Below, piece by piece: positions 59,091 through 64,000 of a DNA stretch of 64,000 bases (positions are counted from its first letter, which is position 1; every line of letters begins with the position of its first letter). Origin of the DNA: Candidatus Nezhaarchaeales archaeon. Lineage in GTDB: Archaea > Thermoproteota > Methanomethylicia > Nezhaarchaeales > WYZ-LMO8. The notes under the pieces were generated by a model. The model saw nothing but the letters and a program-made list of their open reading frames with translations. It ran no database searches and was not told the origin of the DNA. The stretch lies in contig JAWAKK010000001.1 in assembly GCA_038887515.1 (NCBI GenBank), forward strand, positions 710,205 through 774,204, written 5' to 3'. A program made the translations under genes and the position numbers.

Positions 59091-59239
59091 AGTTTTCCAC
59101 CCTTTAAATCGTAATAAAGGAAGTACTATTATTTTATGCTCGAACAGTGGAAAAAGTAGTTATGAGGGACCACTTACATGAATTAAAAGTGCAACCATTG
59201 TAGGCGAATGAATAATATCGCTATTTACAGAAAGGAAAG

Positions 59240-59339
59240 TGGCCCGGCCGGGATTTGAACCCGGGTCTCCGGCTCGAAAGGCCGGGATACTTGACCTGGC
59301 TGTACGGCCCACGCAGGCTGGCCTCTATACGACCGGGCC
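59240..59339 (-). tRNA. tRNA-Glu (anticodon UUC) with a ~25-nt intron in the D-loop (non-canonical position)
   Basis: Reverse complement gives acceptor GGCCCGG/CCGGGCC. T-arm CCGGG-TTCAAAT-CCCGG. Anticodon arm CCGGC-CUUUCGA-GCCGG with U33, anticodon UUC and G37, then a 4-nt variable loop. The region between positions 8 and 26 is 47 nt instead of about 19. Removing about 25 nt (AGGCCAGCCTGCGTGGGCCGTACAG) leaves D-stem GTAT/GTAT and D-loop AGCCAGGTCAA. Discriminator A. No CCA. Confidence 0.7.
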
Positions 59340-59432
59340 TTGCTTTTGTGATTTTTAGAACACACTCTTAAATGTTAGGTTTTTGAATTCTTACGTTAGC
59401 TTTATCTCATTATAAGGATTATTCTATTCTCG

Positions 59433-60176
59433 GTGTTAAACTTGGAAGTAAGGATAGTAGGCAGAGGATTTAAAGGGAGTTGGCTTGTAGTTGGGCTCCC
59501 GGACGCTGGCCTTGTAGGCGCCATATCCGCATCGCACATGGTTAGAATGTTGGGTTTAGAAACTATAGCTCACGTGGAGAGCGAGCTCCTCCCGCCCATG
59601 ATAGTCATCCATCAATCTAAGGTGTACGACCCCGTTAGGGTTTTTGGAAGAGAAGGATTGATGGTTTTGAGCAGCGAAGTACCGTTACCCCCCTCACTTA
59701 TACATCCTTTAGGAAGAAGTGTAGTAGAGTGGGCCGTCAGGGAGGGGGTCAAGGGGATTATCTCCATAACCGGGATAGCCGTTCCCAACAGGCTTGACAT
59801 AGAGACGCCGGAGGTCTATGGCGTAGCTGGAGCTATGGAGTTATATGATTTGTTCGCAAAGGCTAACATTAAAAGCTTCGAGGAGGGATTTGTTGTTGGG
59901 CCTGCAGCCGTAATGATTAGGGAGAGCATGAGGAAGGGGTTATCCTCCTTCATGTTGTTGGTTCAATGCTTCCTCGAATATCCTGACCCGGGGGCCGCAG
60001 CCCAAGCATTGCTAGCCTTAAACCGAATTCTTAACCTTAACATTGACGTAAAGCCGCTACTTGACGAGGCAGAGATGATAAGGGTAAGGACGCGTGAACT
60101 TATGAGACGTACGGCGGAAGCTATGAAGCAAATGAAGAAAGCCCACGAGTTTGAAGTCCCGTTGATGTATACGTAG
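59433..60176 (+). CDS. PAC2-family protein (proteasome assembly chaperone-like, COG1938)
   Basis: N-terminal LVVGLPDAGLVGAISASHMV pattern typical of archaeal PAC2/PbaA-like proteins. 247 aa. TTG start. Confidence 0.55.
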   Translation: MLNLEVRIVGRGFKGSWLVVGLPDAGLVGAISASHMVRMLGLETIAHVESELLPPMIVIHQSKVYDPVRVFGREGLMVLSSEVPLPPSLIHPLGRSVVEWAVREGVKGIISITGIAVPNRLDIETPEVYGVAGAMELYDLFAKANIKSFEEGFVVGPAAVMIRESMRKGLSSFMLLVQCFLEYPDPGAAAQALLALNRILNLNIDVKPLLDEAEMIRVRTRELMRRTAEAMKQMKKAHEFEVPLMYT

Positions 60177-60178
60177 AG

Positions 60179-60610
60179 GTGCAGAACTTGTTTAGAAGGA
60201 GGAAAACCCTCTTCGAATCCATCTCTGAAGTTGTGGAAGAACTTAGAGAGGAAGTTGAAAGGCTGTATTCTTTCTTTGAAGATGTGGACGAACCGATGTG
60301 GGACACGAGCGAATGCTGCCTGACCCCATTGTCAAGCGTGAAGGATCTTGGAGACGAGTATGAAGTGATCGTAGATCTACCGCTAGTGGATAAAGGGAAG
60401 GTAAGTGTTTACGTCGAAGGTAACGATACTTTAAAGATTGAAGCAGAGATAAGAGAGAAAGTTAGGTTTGAACGTTGGGGAACCGTCCAGAAGAATGTTG
60501 AGTTCAGTCGATATAAGAAGGTCATAAGGTTCCCGGAACCCCTGGATCCAACAACCCTTAGAGTGACGTTTAAGCAAGGGTTCCTAATAGCTAGAGTTAA
60601 GAAAACTTGA
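60179..60610 (+). CDS. hsp20: Small heat shock protein (Hsp20/alpha-crystallin family)
   Basis: Alpha-crystallin domain (DEYEVIVDLPLVDKGKVSVYVEGNDTLKIEAE...). 143 aa. GTG start. Confidence 0.85.
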   Translation: MQNLFRRRKTLFESISEVVEELREEVERLYSFFEDVDEPMWDTSECCLTPLSSVKDLGDEYEVIVDLPLVDKGKVSVYVEGNDTLKIEAEIREKVRFERWGTVQKNVEFSRYKKVIRFPEPLDPTTLRVTFKQGFLIARVKKT

Positions 60611-61997
60611 CTGTCAGTTCTACGTCTCCCTTCTTTAATAGGGCCTCCTTGACCTTTTCGGCCATCTCAATGATAGCATTGTAGAGCCTATTAGTTATAA
60701 GGCCCTCGTCCACTAGTCTCTTTGCTTTATCGAGATCTACGATGTTGACCTCGCCGTCGGGTTTAGCGATGACGTCGACTTCAAGGTCTACGTACCTGAC
60801 CTTTCTTGGAGCAAGCTCTACTGACGTAGATATGTTCACGTATACTCCCTTTAAATTATTCCTTTCATCATAGTACTTCGTCTTTGAAATCGGCGAGCCT
60901 ACCCTATACGTTGATAGTCCATAGTCTCCACGTTCCTTTGGCACTCCAAGTCCGTCATAAACTCCCCCTCCCTTAAACTCCCTTTTCAAGGTTATAGTCA
61001 TTTCCTCTTCATCGAATTCCTCTACGACTCCGGGGGTTAACATGTAGACCTTACCATCAGGTTTCATGTGTTCTATCATCATTTTGGCGCCTTCCTTAAC
61101 TAAGCCTCTCATAATTACACGTGCAGCCTCGATGCCCACTTCAGCTCCTAGGGATGGCATTAGTTCCTCGATTACGTCGACAGTGTATGCATATTTCCTC
61201 CCCCAGCTCTTTATTAGGTGATGGTAAGGCATCGTCGCAGCTACGAGGCTCCTCAACTCGTCTAGGGACTTCTTGCTGTCGTAAGGTAACATCACTACAT
61301 AGCAGGTTGGCGGATCGTAAATTAAGTATGGCGCCTTAGATTCGGATGCTTTCTGCAAGACGTTCATTGCCTCCTCCTTCAACCTTTGAAGTTCTTCTAT
61401 CAGCTCACCCATACTTGCCCGCAAGGCCTCCTTCTTCCATTGTATACCCCAGCCTGAAGGTTTTAACATGTGGCCCAGATTCATTAGTTTATTAAATATA
61501 GGTGCCGGTATCCCCTTCGGCGCTGAGACCCAGCCCTCTTTTACTAAGTCAGCGTAGTGGCCAACTATCCTTATCTTTCTAGTTAAAGTAGCCAAGTTAC
61601 CTCTATAAACTTCATTCTTTATAGGCGAGACCACGACTTCCTGCCCTTCGACTAGTTTCTCCGGTAAAAAGCCTATACCGTTACCGTAGTTTACGTAACT
61701 CCCCTTTTCGTTGACTTCTTCCACTATTCCTTTATAAATTTCGTAGCCCACCTTCTTACGGTTCAATATAGAATCAGGCAATGCCTCCATTACGGCAGAG
61801 GCGACTTGAGGGGCCATTAAGCCGTCAATTATTATGGAACCCTTTAGTGGCTTGTAGTCCCTAATCCTCGCGTTCCAATCTTTAGGGGCCTCTTTAAGCC
61901 CAAACCTCCTAGAAGTCGTGGTTGAGGGCTTAGCTATTTTGAAGCCACGGTCTAATAGTAACTTAACTAGAGCCGTAGTGAAAATCCCCCTAACCAT
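60597..61997 (-). CDS. FAU-1-like RNase E/G-family RNA-binding protein
   Basis: N-terminus MVRGIFTTALVKLLLDRGFKI matches archaeal FAU-1 starts (VRIRGIYATALTKLL-like). ~470 aa. ATG 61997 preferred over TTG 62015. Confidence 0.55.
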   Translation of the reverse strand: MVRGIFTTALVKLLLDRGFKIAKPSTTTSRRFGLKEAPKDWNARIRDYKPLKGSIIIDGLMAPQVASAVMEALPDSILNRKKVGYEIYKGIVEEVNEKGSYVNYGNGIGFLPEKLVEGQEVVVSPIKNEVYRGNLATLTRKIRIVGHYADLVKEGWVSAPKGIPAPIFNKLMNLGHMLKPSGWGIQWKKEALRASMGELIEELQRLKEEAMNVLQKASESKAPYLIYDPPTCYVVMLPYDSKKSLDELRSLVAATMPYHHLIKSWGRKYAYTVDVIEELMPSLGAEVGIEAARVIMRGLVKEGAKMMIEHMKPDGKVYMLTPGVVEEFDEEEMTITLKREFKGGGVYDGLGVPKERGDYGLSTYRVGSPISKTKYYDERNNLKGVYVNISTSVELAPRKVRYVDLEVDVIAKPDGEVNIVDLDKAKRLVDEGLITNRLYNAIIEMAEKVKEALLKKGDVELTVKFS

Positions 61998-62142
61998 TAC
62001 TGAGGGCTCCTTCAAACCTTAAACACCCGTTCACCAGTTCTCTCGCAACTTCAAATTTAAATATGAAAGGTTTTTAAGAAAGAGTTTAAGCCTCTCTTAG
62101 TGGGCTTTGTTTATTACGATCTCTTAATGTACCTCGTTTGAG

Positions 62143-62421
62143 GTGTGGTTCGTGTCTGCTGAGAGTAATGTTGAACAGAAAATAGAGCAGGCAATTATGG
62201 TCTTGCAGAGGATAGCTGATGACCTTGGAGTCCCTAGAAACATTAGGAGGGCGTGTAGCGAATCCATAAAGATACTAAGGACTAAGAAGTATACGCCCGG
62301 CGTAAGGGCGTCGAATGCTATAAGTATACTTGATGAATGTAGCCAAGATCCTAACATGCCCCTCTTCGCTAGGACCGCAATATGGCAGGCAGTAAGTATT
62401 TTAGAGCAAGTTAAAGATTAG
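62143..62421 (+). CDS. UPF0147-family small conserved archaeal protein
   Basis: 92-aa helical protein with VPRNIRRA motif typical of UPF0147. Confidence 0.55.
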   Translation: MWFVSAESNVEQKIEQAIMVLQRIADDLGVPRNIRRACSESIKILRTKKYTPGVRASNAISILDECSQDPNMPLFARTAIWQAVSILEQVKD

Positions 62422-62477
62422 AATCTTAAGGCCTGGTGAAGATAGCTGTGAGCAAGAGTGGAGACGATACGGCCAAG

Positions 62478-62810
62478 ATGAGGAGGATGGTAGACCTACT
62501 TAGAAGCGGGGCAACTATGTTAGCTGATGTGTGTCCGATATGCAACTCACCTCTCTTTAAATTAAAGAGTGGAGAGATTTACTGCCCTGGATGCGAGAAG
62601 AGAGTTGTATTCGTAAAGGAAGGAGAAGACGTGGCTAAGGCTACTCAGATTCAAGTTATAAGCGAACTCTCATCAACTGCGAGCCAGAAACTCATGGAGC
62701 TTACGAATATGGCGAAGTACGAGAGCGACGTAGATAGGCTATACGAGCTTGGACGATGTGTACTAACTTGGCTTGAAATATTTGAGAGGGTAAGGAAAAT
62801 ACAGACCTAA
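62478..62810 (+). CDS. UPF0148-family zinc-ribbon protein (autoantigen p27-like)
   Basis: LLRSGATMLADVCPICNSPLF...GEIYCPGCE zinc ribbon typical of UPF0148. ATG 62478 preferred over GTG 62436. Confidence 0.5.
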   Translation: MRRMVDLLRSGATMLADVCPICNSPLFKLKSGEIYCPGCEKRVVFVKEGEDVAKATQIQVISELSSTASQKLMELTNMAKYESDVDRLYELGRCVLTWLEIFERVRKIQT

Positions 62811-64000
62811 CTTGAAGCTCTCTTTTCTCTTAAGACCTTAACAGCCTCACGTAACAAAATTCTGGCCATAGCCCTTTTAGTGACCTTATTAACCTTGAAT
62901 ACGTAGCTCTTCGTTATTACATAGCCTTCGTTGAAGTCAGAGCCGAAACCTACATCAAGTCTTGAGACGTCGTTCGCCAAGACTATGTCGAAGCCGTATC
63001 CTTCCATTCTAGCTTTCGCCCTATCAATGAGCTTCTCGAGGGGCACATCGTGTTCAGCCTTGAAGCCAACTATTATTGCCTCCGGATTTCTTTCTCTAAG
63101 AGCTTTCGATATCTTGGGTGTAGGTTTTAAAGTGACGTGGTAAGCTACGTCCGAGACGACCTTATCGTTAAAGCGCTCTTCGAAGTAGAAGTCGGACGGA
63201 GCTGCTGCGAGCACTATTATCTCTATATCTTTGTTACATACTATGTCCAGACATGCATCGAGCATCTCCCTAGTCGAGGTAACGCTCTTGAAGTGCACGC
63301 CTCTAGGAGGCTTAAGGTTTGTGGGGCCCGAAACAAGGTAGGTCTCAGCACCATTGTTTACGCATACAGATGCTAGGGCATACCCCATTTTTCCAGAGCT
63401 AGCATTACTTAGGAACCTTACTGGATCGAGATGTTCGCGCGTGGGTCCCGCAGTTACGAGGACCTTTAAGCCCCTCAAATCGCTTATTGGATTTAGGACG
63501 TCTTCTACGACGTCGGCTACATCTTCCACCGAGGCCATCTTCGACCTGTTACCTTCAATTTCCGGCTCAACAACTACTATTCCTATCTCCTTCAACCTCT
63601 CAATTCCACTTCTAACTGTCGGGGATGAATACATGTCGATATGCATGGTCGGAGCAATGACCACTGGCTTCTTTGAACCTAAGGCTGTAGTTAGTACGTC
63701 CATAACTACATTGTCACATATTCCGTAAGCTAACTTACATATGGTGTTGGCGGATGCAGGGGCAACGATTATCGCGTGAGCCCACCCGCCTTTACCCGCT
63801 ATTGATATGTGTTCTGTCATCCCTGAAGCTTTAATTATGGGCTTCATCCCCGAAGCCCAGTACATAAGCGTTGGGGTTATGAATTTTAGCGAATTCCGTG
63901 TAGCTATAAACCGCACATTGGCTCCTCGCCTTATCAGCTCGCGAGCTAAGTCGATGGCTCTATAAGCTGCAACACTTCCAGTGACGCAGAGCGCTATATT
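62807..64000 (-). CDS. coaBC: Bifunctional phosphopantothenoylcysteine decarboxylase/phosphopantothenate-cysteine ligase CoaBC (N-terminus continues beyond window edge)
   Basis: CoaC flavoprotein motifs (IALCVTGSVAAYRAIDLAREL readable in frame up to nt 64000, APASANTICKLAYGICDN) and CoaB ligase domain (TAGPTREHLDPVRFLSNASSGKMG). The track start at 63916 is an internal GTG. The frame stays open to the end of the window. Confidence 0.85.
   Translation of the reverse strand, partial: NIALCVTGSVAAYRAIDLARELIRRGANVRFIATRNSLKFITPTLMYWASGMKPIIKASGMTEHISIAGKGGWAHAIIVAPASANTICKLAYGICDNVVMDVLTTALGSKKPVVIAPTMHIDMYSSPTVRSGIERLKEIGIVVVEPEIEGNRSKMASVEDVADVVEDVLNPISDLRGLKVLVTAGPTREHLDPVRFLSNASSGKMGYALASVCVNNGAETYLVSGPTNLKPPRGVHFKSVTSTREMLDACLDIVCNKDIEIIVLAAAPSDFYFEERFNDKVVSDVAYHVTLKPTPKISKALRERNPEAIIVGFKAEHDVPLEKLIDRAKARMEGYGFDIVLANDVSRLDVGFGSDFNEGYVITKSYVFKVNKVTKRAMARILLREAVKVLREKRASS

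Overview
This window looks like a chromosomal segment from a thermophilic archaeon, with gene content typical of Crenarchaeota/Thermoproteota. Most of it is moderate GC. A clearly AT-richer island sits at about 52.0-58.7 kb. These are eyeball composition estimates, not computed.

Annotation-like clusters:
- **Molybdenum cofactor genes (1.7-9.0 kb):** moeA, a CooC-like ATPase, a DUF364 protein, a TrmB-like regulator fused to MobA, mobB, moaA and a second moeA.
- **Housekeeping genes:** surE, tsaC, tfb, ilvE, L15e, S26e, proS, argS, polB and a 5'-truncated coaBC.
- **Respiration:** an archaeal-type 11-subunit nuo operon (nuoA-D, H-N, no nuoEFG). It has a split nuoJ, and an EndoQ-like gene and a DedA gene sit between nuoM and nuoL.
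- **Type IV pilus locus (14.3-20.7 kb):** a multi-zinc-ribbon regulator-like protein, two adjacent single-T2SSF-domain membrane genes separated only by an in-frame TAA, a FlaI/CpaF-family ATPase, and two class-III-signal pilins (one with four tandem beta-domain repeats). A candidate prepilin peptidase lies separately at about 39.8 kb.
- **Glycan island (50.4-58.7 kb):** flippase, sugar-1-P nucleotidyltransferase, UXS-like decarboxylase, UDP-glucose dehydrogenase, a frameshifted GT2 gene, and a GT4 gene.
- **tRNAs:** three intron-containing tRNAs, two Arg and one Glu. The Glu intron is at a non-canonical position in the D-loop.

Most notable observations:
- A TrmB-MobA fusion inside the MoCo cluster.
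- A G20 homopolymer directly upstream of the pilus regulator-like gene.
- A NucS/EndoMS gene broken by two homopolymer frameshifts and a GT2 gene broken by one. These are either real pseudogenes or homopolymer sequencing errors.
- A small basic zinc-finger ORF translationally coupled upstream of polB.

No CRISPR array, rRNA or obvious IS/transposase was seen.
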